From: Gnetum montanum
Taxonomy: Eukaryota > Plantae > Gnetophyta
Assembly: GCA_015680685.1 (NCBI GenBank)
Contig: MNCI01001077.1
Coordinates: forward strand, 129,627 to 193,626
Direction: 5' to 3'
Length of the DNA: 64,000 nucleotides
The translations under genes were made by a program, and so were the position numbers. The notes below the pieces were generated by a model, which ran no database searches, had not been told where the DNA came from, and was given only the letters and a program-made list of their open reading frames with translations. Shown piece by piece: positions 27,801 through 39,920 of the stretch. Within the stretch, counting starts at the first letter, position 1. Each line of letters starts with the position of its first letter.

Positions 27801-29990
27801 GTTTTTTGTTTGGTTTTCTAGTTGTTTGAGTTTTTTAATGATTTTTGCATTGTCTACTATGTAAGAGGCCAATGGATTATCTATGTTATGTTGCAAATTT
27901 TGTACATGAGTCTACTATTGATGTGACTATTTCAGGCCATTTTGAGAAGAAAATTTATCTCAAATGGTGTGAAGTAGACTCATCATAGGAGTGGTTAGAG
28001 AACAAGGCTCCTATGATTATCGAACAACACATTACTGATAAAGGTTTCTTTGGCCTTTTTATGCTACCTACTCCATCAATGTTAATGGCCAAGATGTTAC
28101 ATGTGATTGACTTTTTTGATGAGGAAATTACCAAATTATCCATGGCTATTCTATGATTTTGAGCATTAATGAGTCCATGTTTAGTGATATATTTGTTGTA
28201 CCTTTTAATGATGTTAAGATAACTATTAGAAAAAGGAAAGAGGGAAGTTGTAGAGAGGAAATGGAGGCCTCACTTAACTCCTCTACTAGTGGTAAATTGT
28301 CTTTCAATTAGTGCAAAGTTGAGAAAGCCAACAAAATCTACCCTATCTTCCATTCTAGAGCCTTTCCCATGTTATATTCAAAAAATAAAATCATAGGGGT
28401 TCAATAGGATTGGACAATGAAAAAAGTGTTAACTGATGGCACTAGGTTTGATTTGGATACCTTCTTGGTTGCTTGTCTATGGGATGAAATACAAAGGTTT
28501 CAGAATAACCTCAATTATATATGTTATATGAATTATACATTTTTCACTACATATCCTAAATCATTCATGGAGTTATTAATGGTCAAGAAGAATGGAAAGT
28601 GGGTTGCTCGTGATGCCTTCCAAATTCTCAAACCTTAGAACTATCACATTATTCTAGTGATGCATGGCAAAGATCCACTCTGGGAAAAGGTTGGAGAGTC
28701 ACTTTCTATTATCACTAAGAACATTAGTAATGCATGTTGCTACTTCCTTGATAGTATGGGAGTGAAACCTTGTGCTACATGTGATAATTCAAGAAGGGCC
28801 AAGAGGGTACACATAGAAGCTACAGGTGTAGCCAAAGAAAAGCCAATGAGGCCACATGTTGAAAAAAACAACTTTTGTTGTTGACTAGCCTACATGTAAG
28901 AAGCTGGCCATTAGGCTTAACAGGATCAATTAGACTATTGAAGGTACGTACATGCTTTTTATGTTTTATATTTTTTAATTTTTTGTTTATTTTTTGGTTA
29001 TATTTTTGGCTATATTTTTGTTGCTAAAAACATTCACTGATGTGTTCTATTTTTAGCTTTGATTGGATGTAGGGAAGAAATAGGTGTTGGCTACACAAGT
29101 TTCAATGAAGGGGAAGAAATAATACAAGGAAGAGCAAAGAACATCCCAAGAAGAATTGGACATTTTGGATTCCATCTTGGATGATCTACCACTAGAAGAC
29201 AATCCTTTGATAGACTTGCGTCATGATCTTCTTAATAAGGTTTTGGTGTTGTTTGAATTTTTGTTTATGATGTTATACATTTTGGTTGTAAACTGTATTG
29301 ATGGTTATGGTTGATGCAATACATGAGCCTTTTTCAGAAGCATCTACATCTACATTTCATCACAAGCCATGGGTGGAAGCCCTAGACAAGTTGGAATTCA
29401 TGCAATGAGTGGAAAATGACATGATAGATAGCTTACAGTAGATATCCCCTAATGTTGGTAAGAAAAGTAAAAATATTTTAGTTTGCAATTTTATTTTTCT
29501 ATATTTTTATATTTTTTTTGTGTTTTATGGCTACATGATGTTAGTGGTATTTAGATGCTTTGGTTGTTTTTGTCCATTGCAATGCCTAGATTTAGATGGG
29601 ATCCTATGTGTGACATTAACCTTTATGATCTTCCTAAACTACCATCTAATGTGAAAAATGTTTCACGAAGGTTGTATAAAGGAGCTACCAAGTGTGCTAT
29701 GTCTTGTGTAGAGACAACCTAGGAGATCCATTACTCCAATGCATTTATATGGAAGAAGGTTGTGGCCATGGAAAAATAGGTTATAGAGCTATCAAATGAG
29801 AACATGAGGCTTAGGGGTAGAAAAAAGTCTATAGAGGCTCATGTAGCCAATAGAGACTCTTTTCACACTAAGGAAATTAAGTGGACATGCTATTGGAGTA
29901 CCATCCAAAGCAAAGTTACTCTAGCCAAGAGCAACACTGAAAAGGAAATGTAAATGGAGTTGTTGATTCATAAATCCAAGGTTTGGAAAG

Positions 29991-32900
29991 TGTTGGCGAC
30001 CGTTTGGGATGCGACTGCCAACGAGTGTCCTTGAATAGGATTTAGGATCTTGTTGGTCTTTGGCAACACCAAGGCCCAGATACCTCCAAATAGACTCAGT
30101 AGTTAATGTGAGTATGTGTGTGTGTGCTATTGCGGTGTGCGGTTGTGAAATATGAAACGATTGCATTGTGTGTAAACTACAAATGACTTATCTTAAAGAG
30201 ATTTAGCCAACTTTGCCAAGTACTATGAGTTGTTGAGAGTTCCTATTTTGTTTAATTGCCTAGTCTACATGGTCCTTATAATACCTNAAAAAATTGCTCT
30301 GTAAACTATCACATATGAGACTCCATTTTGGCTAGATAATGGATGTCAATAGTTGCATTCAATAGAACCTTCAAAATACTTGACAATTTCTAATTCAAAT
30401 ACCATGGAGATTCACTTTAAAGATAAAAAGAAGCTATTCTGGTCCCATCAAAATACCAAAGATTTTCTGAACCCTCTTGACTATTGAATGGTTCAACGAC
30501 ATGACTACAAGCAGAGGCTCTCTTACAACAATCTCAATAGAAGTTATTATATGTTGCACAATAATAAAATTTAATACTAAAATGCTCTTAAGGCTTTTAA
30601 ACACAAGCGCTTCTATGGAAAAATTTTAATAAAAATTTTCTATCGAGCAACAAGAATAATAAGAGGAATCTAAAAATCCCAAAACTACTTGCCAAGGATG
30701 ATACTATCTAAACCACTAGCTAAACAATTTAAACAAAATAAAAATAAAACATAACTCATAGAACTATGACAAAGAGGCTAAAATCCTTTCTTTAGCCAGT
30801 CATCTTACAAGCAATCTTTCACAATTTCTTCTTTACAATGCTCTTCCAAGACCCAAAGTGTGTCTCCAAGTGAGAGCTCCAAGTGTGATCCCAAATCTTT
30901 CAAAGTGTGTTGTATTGTCCCCTCCTTGTGTTATTCTTTCTTCTTACCCTTGAAGCCTTTTTATAGGGTTCAAAAGGTAGTTACATATTCAAAAATATCT
31001 TAGCTAAATTCTCTTCCAAGTAACTTGCCCAACAAGTTAGGAGATTACTTGCCCAACAAGTTAGGTAAGTTACCAAAACTTTTGGGTGGCTGTAACCACC
31101 ATAGAGATAAAAAAGCTGTAGCTGACAAGTGTCCTATTCAGTTGCCAAGTGGCCCTTTAGTTTCCAAGTGGTCACCATGGAGATAAAAAAGTTGTAGTTG
31201 ACAAGTGTCCTTTGTAGTGGTTACAAACATCATGGAATTAAGGCTAGGAAGTTGCAACTTCCACACAAAGTTACAACTATAGAAATAAAATCTATGGTGG
31301 CCAAGTATCCTATTGGATAACTATCCAATATAACTTCTTAGCATATGCAAATTTTTAAATCAATATTAATACTCACTTGGTACACGTACAGTAGCATAAT
31401 AACAATTAAATTACTTACATCAAAACCCAAAGTTAATTAAAATAAATGGTGTATTCTACAACCAGAGCCTCGATGTAGTTGTGATTGTGTAGTCAATGAT
31501 GCCATTGGCCATGACGATGAGGTGCTCCAGGTTTGATATGAAAGTTGTTGTTGATGTTAATGCATAGTAGGCATGCGTGATGGTGTGTATGCCTCGAGAA
31601 TGATGAGGTATATGATGGAGAGTCTTCCAGCCCTATGATAGACCCAGAGCAACCAACATCAAGCAAGTCCAAATCCTCAGGCTGAAGAAGCAACCCTGGA
31701 TCCAACCTATAGAGATTGATCACACCCTATATTGCATGCTCATTGTATGCCAACATACCGCTGCATAGAAAAGACCACAACAACCCAAAATAGTGAAACG
31801 AGAACTCTCTACTGGAAACCCACACGTGATCCTAGCAACTCATACGACACTGCAGCGCTCTAGACCCTAATGCCAATGGAGTTCTTTTCCACTGTGTTGG
31901 TTTGCATCCTTTCTCGATTAGAAAACCTTTCTTCCCTACAAAGACTTTATCCAGGTCCTAATTCCTTTGGCTCTGAAATTTTACAAACTGACAAAGAACC
32001 GAAGAATGAACCGTGGCTGAGATGGTAATGCCAGAAATTAGTATTGCAGGACCTCTTGGTAGAGTAGCATTCTTCTAGCTTGTTCACCTCCATTAGATTA
32101 TCGGCAGCAGCTCAACAAAAGCCTTGGCCGCCATGAAATTCATCGACAACAACTTCTTTATTCTCAGTTTTTCAAAATCGTGATTCTACTTCAAATGCAT
32201 CCCCAATTTTAGAATCCGATCCATAAGAATTGATACTGGTGGCTGCAGTAATCCACATGATGTACCTAGAAACGGTAAAAATAGGGCTCCAAGATTTGAA
32301 TCCCAGGCATTATTTGACATAATTTCCTCTTGGGGATGGACCCTATTGACATCATTCAGTTTATTTGCCATCTGTTTCCCTTTAGCAGCTTACTGATCAA
32401 CATATTGCCTAAGCTTTTCCATTCTTTGAAAAGTTTGTATTTCTTTTGAAATTATTTCCAAATTATTTTAGGCAGAGTGTAGATACCTTCAACAAATATT
32501 GGCAGCCTAAAACACTATTTTCTACCACCTTTCCCTAAGGATAGCTCTTGCTCATTCTTTACCAGTATCCAAATGATCAATTCTTGAAAGTATTTCTAAC
32601 AATAAAGAATTCCTTGCTTGTCAATTCATTCACCATTGGTACATTATCTCTTGCAATCTTCTATTCACTATCTTTCATATGTGCATCATTATTTCCACCA
32701 ATAATGTTATGGTCTCCCTGATATGCATGCCTTTCCTCCATAAGGGCTCCATGCAAGGAATGCTTTAGTTGATGATGTAGACAACCAATGATGTTGCTTT
32801 GAGGACAATACTCTAGTATACCTAATCCACCTCACAACATGTTCCAAATGAGAGTTAGATAGACCTCTAGAATATCCACAAAAGAGATGTACTGGAAGAA

Positions 32901-33011
32901 GGTGAACATCTTCAGTAGGGATAAGCAATGATCAAAGAATTCTATAGACTTGAGCCATGGTTTTAATCGTCTCATATCTCTATTCCATGAAATGGCCAAA
33001 ATGTGCCAATA
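29991..33011. mobile_element. Solo-LTR-type insertion with nested second LTR
   Basis: Termini TGTTGGC...GCCAATA; TSD GAAAG at 29986-29990 and 33012-33016. Confidence 0.8.
30288..31460 (-). repeat. Nested LTR-like segment (left end at the single-N gap)
   Basis: Ends ...ttctaca; minus-strand TATA ~30960; internal repeats acttgcccaacaagttagg x2 and ccat(a/g)gagataaaaaag...gacaagtgtcct x2. Confidence 0.55.
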
Positions 33012-33818
33012 GAAAGATTATTGCACTTGGGTGCTTTATTGGTTAAAGGCACAAAATACTCACAAGTGAAAATAGATAAAGCTATGGCATGAGATGGCTA
33101 TAGAGTAATGGAAACTTGAGCTATTTATGTAGGTGATCGACATGGAGGATGCCTTCAGGATATTTGTATAATTAGTGGTGGTTGTTGATTCTTCTACATC
33201 TAAAAATAATATTTTATCTAAGAAAACCACCATTGCTATTTTTCCCATGATCCACCTGAGCAGATAGATGTATACAAGAGAAAGATCTTGATAAGAGTGG
33301 ATTTGGGAGAAATCAACTAGGCTAACATGAGTGAAGAGTAAATCCTTCTTAGGTTGGAGACTACAAAAACATCACTACAAAATTCCTTGAGATTTGCACA
33401 AATATGTTTTAATATGTTTATGGTATATATTTATATTATGCTTTATTATTTTCTAGTTATGCTCCTTGGTCATCATGGTTACTAACTAGTTGCATTTTCT
33501 GCTATTTATAGGTCTCAAGCATGATGATGATTACATTGACGATGATATTGATGATGATCCTCCCCCTCCCCCCACTCTATGGGCTTTTCTTTTTTGTTTG
33601 TTGTTGGAACAGTTGTATACTAATTTCTTTTGTTATAGTTTTATAGTGGTTTTTGTTTAACTACCATAGCGTAGGAAACTATGTACTATTTTTGTTATTG
33701 TATGTTGCACAATGTAACTATAGCCGTGGAAATTTAATTTTGGGTTACATGGCTACTATTTTGGCTTTAATTTCAAAACATTTTTTTTATTCTTTTATGT
33801 TTTAAAATTTTTATGTAG

Positions 33819-33897
33819 TTTTATGTTTTCCATTTTTTATGTTAATTTATGATTTTTCTAGTAAACAAAAATCATAAATTGATGGAAAAACATGAAA
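33819..33897. terminator. AT-rich inverted repeat between convergent units
   Basis: Perfect 14-bp stem 33844-33857/33867-33880 plus imperfect outer stem; strand T/A skew flips here. Function inferred. Confidence 0.4.
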
Positions 33898-34029
33898 TAA
33901 GTGTACATACAAACATAGTAAACATGATGTAATAGAGTAGAAATTGTAATACAAAAGTAAAGATGTAAATGAAAATGAAAACAATGCTACCAGTTAAACT
34001 ATACAAAGAAAAGAAAAAAGACAAGCAAC

Positions 34030-37000
34030 ACATTTAATTGCAAAATTTTTTCCTAATCTTAGAAAGATTATGATTTCTATTGCATAATCATGTACTTCCC
34101 ATTCCCTTTACTTATGATGTTGGATGGGAGTTACTTCCACATTTCATCTATGGCTCCTATGCTATTGGTTTGGGCTTGGTGGATGTTGTTGTAGTTCTTA
34201 ACTTTGTCTTTGGCTATAAGAGTTCATTCCTAAAACTCCACTTCACACCCTTTCTCTATGCCAACATTTTTGATTGAGAAGGAGACTACACTATCCCTGT
34301 ACATTATGATCTCACCTCCCTCATAAGGTATGTAAATTTCTTGATGGATTGGGGGGGACACTACACATAGTTTGACTAACTAGGCTCTTCCTAAGATTAG
34401 GTTAAAACCATGTGTCTCTTCCATCACAAGGAAATTAATAGTTGTGGGGAACTATTCCCTAACCATGAAGTCCAACATGATCAAACCCCTCACCACCATA
34501 CATGACCTATAAATGATTTGAGTGCAGCAGTAGACATTTTCTATATATATTTGACCAAGCCTAAGTGCTCTATGATAGGAAAGGAAATAACATTTGTGGT
34601 CATCCCATCATCTACATGTACTCTATGAAGCTTGTACTGGTCAAATCTACATGTTATAAAGAGAGAAGTCCTAGACACCTCATCATTTTTAGGATTAATT
34701 TCTAGCTCAATGTCACAAAACATTAAGATGAATGAATTCACTTCTCCTTAGGATGAGGATGGTACTATCATTGCATGGATATCTCCTCATTGGCCAAGAT
34801 TTCCTTTTTCATAGGAATAGAAGTTATCATCTTAATTAGGGATTCATAATGAGTGGGGAAGATCATAACCAAATCATATAATCTCAATGAAGTATTTTTC
34901 TATTTTAATGAAAGCTTAACTTGTTCCATTATAGAGTGGATGTCTTTGTCATTGTCTACTTCTTTGTTGGTTTTATTAGCCTTGACCTTTTTTCATCCTA
35001 CCCAATATTTTGATCTCATGTTTTAATGGTTGTTGTTTTGCCCCATTTTCCTTTCTTGTTTTTGATTGTCGTCCTTAGGTTGGCTAATGGATGGATTTTA
35101 AGCATTGGAATCCATTACTATGGCTAATATTAGGATTGGCTTCTATGGATCTACTTCCTTTGATACCTTTGATTAGTTAGTGTTCTTACCCATAGGCTTT
35201 GGAGTTGGTTTCCACATTGTTTTTGGGATGAATTCTTGTTATTTGATGATAAAGAAGTTGAGGTATTAGCTACCACAAGAGGATGTTCATCAACTTGGCT
35301 CACAAGCTTATTCATGGAAGAAGGGCACTCTAATGATAAGTGGTCCTTTGGGAGGTGCTTGTGATAACCTTAAGACAAATGGACTTCTTGAACTCATAGA
35401 ATTTGAAGACCTTTCATCATGAGGAGGTATCAAAACCACAAATAGCTCCCTAGTAGGTTTAGGCTTATCATGTATGTTTAAGGTTGCTATGGTAAAATGG
35501 TTATTACTCACATTAAGAAGATCTTTGTATACCTACATTGGCTGATTTTGGAACCTAACTGGGCTATATGCATTTATAACTAGCTCTATACTATTAATCA
35601 TTTTTTGCAAATCATCTTTTAGGACCAAGCAAAAATCAATATCATGGCCAAGTAGCTGGTGATAGTGATAAAATTGATCTAACTTAAAGTATTAAGCATA
35701 AGAGGGTCATCTTTTATGGATGTAGTGGGATCTTTAGCAATCTCACATATATGATCATGCCTCTTATGAGCATTCTTAAATAGCTACTTATATTGAATGT
35801 AACCACTCTTAAATAACTAATCAAGAAGCTTGGATGGATTCATAGGTAGCTTGATGTACTTAGACCTATCTTTACTCTCAAACTTAGGCTTAGGCAAGCT
35901 AGACCTGAAAGCACCTAATGTTAATGGTTGGAAAGTAGTGGTAGGGACCTTAGGCTATGTGGACTTTTTACCCTATGTGGTTTTGGGTTCTTTCTTCATA
36001 GTGGCCATGACTACATGTGATTGCTTTCCCTTATTCCTATCTAGTTTCATTTGTTGATTCTTATAGGTTACATACACATAGTCATTACTAGCTTTGGTTG
36101 CATCTTCTATGTCCTTGACTTAGGAAAAGGCTTAAGTTAAGGACTAGAGATCTAAATAATAGAGCTTAGACTTAATGAAATCATTGACTACCCCTTTGAA
36201 GATGGCTAAGAGATGTGTTTCAAATATGGACTTAAGTATCTTGTTGAGTGTGGCATTCCATCTTTGTATTAATATTTGAATGGGTTCAAGGGATCCTTGT
36301 TTGACTTTAATGAGCTAATCAAGCATTTTTTCAAGTTTTATGTTGTACTTAAAGTGATAAATGAATTAGTTTATCACATTTCCTAAGGAAGAGATAGATC
36401 CTCTAGGTAGTGCCTGATACCAATCAAGAGCCTTTTTGGTTAAGGACATGGTAAAGACATGTAACATAGTGTGGGGCCAAGCATGTAGTAGTAGCCATTT
36501 CAAACAGAAGGTAATTAGATGAGCATTGGAATTATTTTTACCATTATATTTGGTGAAGTGAGGAATTGATATCCATGAGGGAACGGTTATTGGAAGGACA
36601 TTAGGACTAATTAGGTTATCTTGGTAAAAGTTCATGACTTTTACCATTTGCATTGTGCTAGCCTCAAGCTTCTTCAACTTCTCAATGAGGCTTGGATTAG
36701 CTAGAAAGCCTAATCTAGGATTTGAGGCACTCCTATAGCTTGTACAAGTAGTATAGGAAGCTATGCAAGTGATGGAATGACTTGAGGTTGGGTAATAGAC
36801 TAGTATTATCTGGAAAGGCCTCATTTCCATCATCATAAGGAGGTTAAAGAGGAAAAATGATGTCTATGTAGGGATTTTTAGGATAAAAGAAACAAAGGGT
36901 ATGCAAGAGGTTTGCATGACTTGAGGTTTTGAAGAAGGGTTTGTTGAGGTGATGAATAGGGAAGACATGGAAGACACACTATGTGGTAAGTGTTGGGTGG

Positions 37001-37500
37001 CAAATGGGAGAGATGTTAACAGGAAGAAGACTTGAAAAACTAGTTGTGAAGTCTACTCCAAGGATATGGTAAGTGTTACTTGCATATTATATAAGGCATT
37101 AATCATAAAATCTAGGATGGATGTTTTCACATCTTCCTCCCCAAAGGCATCCTCTTCATAGTAAACATCGACTTCCTCTTAATCATCTCAATCACAATCA
37201 AGGCTAGAATCCTCACTTGCCATGATTTCCTCATCGTCATCTACTAGCTAGGCTAACATGTGAATATAAGCTTCAAAGAGTTCTATCCTATCATACAAGG
37301 AAGGAATATATTCCTTCCCATCCCTATCAATCATTAGAAATTTGCACTTGGAGTCTAACTTCTTGTGTAGAATGTAAAGGCTAGCTTGGAACTTCACAAA
37401 GATGAAGTTCTAATGATCCTACATAAGTGTAGCATGCATGGGATAACATCCAAAGAACTTAAGAGACCATCTATACTCCACCACATCCAGATCCTTAGGG
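34030..37500 (-). pseudogene. T3 gag-protease
   Basis: 36366-36836 PHFTKYNGKNNSNAHLITFCLKWLLLHAWPH; 34541-34741 HRVHVDDGMTTNVIS; collinear with T1 42-2796. Confidence 0.9.
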
Positions 37501-37654
37501 TCATAGATGTAGGTAGACTACTGGTTGGTAGCCATAGTAGTGATAAGATGCTATAAGAGAGTGGAGGAAAAAGGCATAAAACATAGTAGGCTAATTACTT
37601 AATCAAGGTGATAAAGGTTTCTATGGTTTTGATGCTTCACATAAGAAACAAACT

Positions 37655-37935
37655 TATAGCATGTAAGACTCACATCATGTAAGGCTATAGCATGTGAGGT
37701 TGCAACATGTAAGACTCATAGCATGTGGGACTTACAATGTGTGGGAGGTTGTATTATGTGAGACTATAGCTTTTGGAGTTATAGCATGTAAAGGTTATAG
37801 CATGTTGAAAGGCTATAGCTTGCAACCTACAGCTTGCAGAGCTATAGCATGTGGAAAGGTTATAGCTTATAACTTGTGAAGCTATAGCCTATGAATGTTG
37901 TAGCCTATGAAGCTACAACTTGTGGAGTTGTAACG
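37655..37935. repeat. T3 5' UTR tandem array, ~18-19 bp unit (CTATAGCATGTGA-like)
   Basis: About 15 degenerate tatagcatgt / tatagcttgt units. Confidence 0.8.
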
Positions 37936-38514
37936 TTTGAAAGAAATAGGCTTTAAATACACTACAACTATAAAAGTAAATATTTTTGTTAAAATTTTGT
38001 TTTAATTTCTCTAGTTTATGTGAACAAAAAATCTAAACATGTTGTAGGATTCGAAAGGAAAAGGTTAAAAATTGCAAACTGCAACAACAAAAATAGAGAT
38101 GGCTTGTAGTGTGAACTACAACTACCAAGAGAGTGCAAGGGGTTCTGACAGTGTTGTATACTATACTATGAGAAATTAATATCTTTGCTTGTAGAGTTCA
38201 AGTAATGGCTACAACACTACATACTATGAATACAAAATTAACTAGTAATAAATATTGTAAATAAAATAGGTTATTAGGCCACATGCTGGGTTTTTTGAAA
38301 ACCCAAAACAAATTTTGGTTTGATCAAATGAGCTTATAGGCTAAGGTAGAAATGGACAAAAATTTTTTTGTAATAGATTTTAGTGAAGAATTTAGGCAAA
38401 GGTCCTCCTTCAAGCACAAAAAACTACAACAAAGGAAAATTTTGGTATTAGAAAATTGAAATATGCTATGCAAAATGGTTTAACTCATATATCCACGGGC
38501 CTCAAAAAGAATTT

Positions 38515-39920
38515 AAAGCATCCTAAACAGTCTTCTCGATAGCTTAGGAACTTAGAAAATATATTACCACCAATTTATGTAAATGAAAATAAATTGTAAT
38601 AAATGCATATAAAATAAGAATTTAGTGCAAGATCTAAGAATAGGCAAGGATAATAATATAGCAAAATAGAAATGACTGCAAATATTATATTAATTATAAT
38701 TGTTAATGAATGCAAAATGGGGGTTTGAGGAAGAGTACAAATCAAGGCTTTTTGAAGCCTAAGAAATTAATGTACCTATTGTAATTGGAATAGATTGCAG
38801 GGTGTATTCTGCATAGACTCTACACTAGTTTTTTGATTTGATCTACAACATAATGAACATTTGCCCCAAGTCCTGTGCTCAAAAATCATTGCTGAAAAAA
38901 TCGTGAAAAGGCTACAAAAATCTATTGCAAAGCTTTGTTACTCTGTGTTAAGTTTTTGTCACAATATTTCTCAAAATGTACTAAAAGATGTGTCAAATCT
39001 AGTATTTAGAGGCTATGAATCTATTGCACTGGCATCCATTATATTTTTTTAAGCATTACAAATTGTTTGTAGGTTTCTAGGTCAAAGTGCAGCATGTGGG
39101 CTTAAAGTTCAAGTGCGACACACTACCATAGCATGTGGGACTAAGATGTATAGCATGTGAAACTAAAGCCTAAATCCCACACACTACCTTACATGTTGCC
39201 ATAGCATGTGAAGTTGGAATATGCAACATATGAAATGAAAAGATCAATTTTTTCTAGCTTGTGAAGTAGTTTTAGCCTCCACAAGGTTGCATACATGTGA
39301 TTTGTAGCATGTGGGCTAGAAATCTTACTTTTTCATTGAAACATTATTTAAAATTTTACCAATATAGGGTTTCATGATGCGATTTTTGGTAGGAAAACAA
39401 GGGCAATTATTTTTTTTTCCTTCAAATCTCTACCAAATTACAATAAAAACATGGGCTATGGGCTTTCATTTGTAACATGAATATTTTTTGAGGTGTTTCA
39501 ATGAACATGGTGAATAGAGAATTGAGATTGCAGAAGAATTCAAGTAGCTTTCTTTATTACCAAGTTATTAAGTTATACACATGGGAAAGACCCTTGAATT
39601 TATAGGAAAGTGATGGCTCCAAGCTATGGTACCAATGAGAAGTTTTTTACCATAAGCCTAAAGAGGTAAATAATGAAAAGACATGTTGAATTTGAACCAT
39701 TATTAATTACATCAATTCATCAATTCCAATTTAATCAAAATAATTTTAAAAATTTTCAATTTGTTCTTATTCTCCTAGTAAAATAGAATTCACATTACAA
39801 GGCTATTTTTTCCATGCTACATGGCATACTATAATTAAATAAAAATAAAAATGGTCTTCAAAACATCTTAAGGTCAAGTGGTGAACCTGATTTATGAAAT
39901 GACCTTGCATTTCATACTAC
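38515..39920 (-). repeat. T3 5' LTR (approximate)
   Basis: Position upstream of gag; minus-strand TATA ~39600; catagcatgtgg motifs 39090-39320; termini and PBS decayed. Confidence 0.45.

Larger units (their letters stand above)
25447..33600 (+). pseudogene. Decayed multi-exon accessory gene, antisense to T3
   Basis: Coding-like blocks alternate with T-rich introns bounded by donors at 27755, 28944, 29240, 29458 and acceptors at 27935, ~29056-29072, 29337, 33511; frame continues across the 29991-33011 insertion. Confidence 0.6.
18086..39920 (-). mobile_element. Large Tat-clade element T3 (5' LTR, gag-PR, long spacer, RT-RH-aRH-INT, 3' UTR cut by T2)
   Basis: Collinear minus-strand domains; shared CACATG/CATGTG motif in LTR, 5' UTR and spacer; outer boundaries approximate. 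Confidence 0.7.

Noticed and set aside
33840-33865. Helitron 3' end (CTAG|T) explaining the 22.4-34 kb spacer
   Set aside because: No GC-rich hairpin upstream of the CTAG (it lies in the loop of an AT-rich stem) and no Rep/helicase remnants
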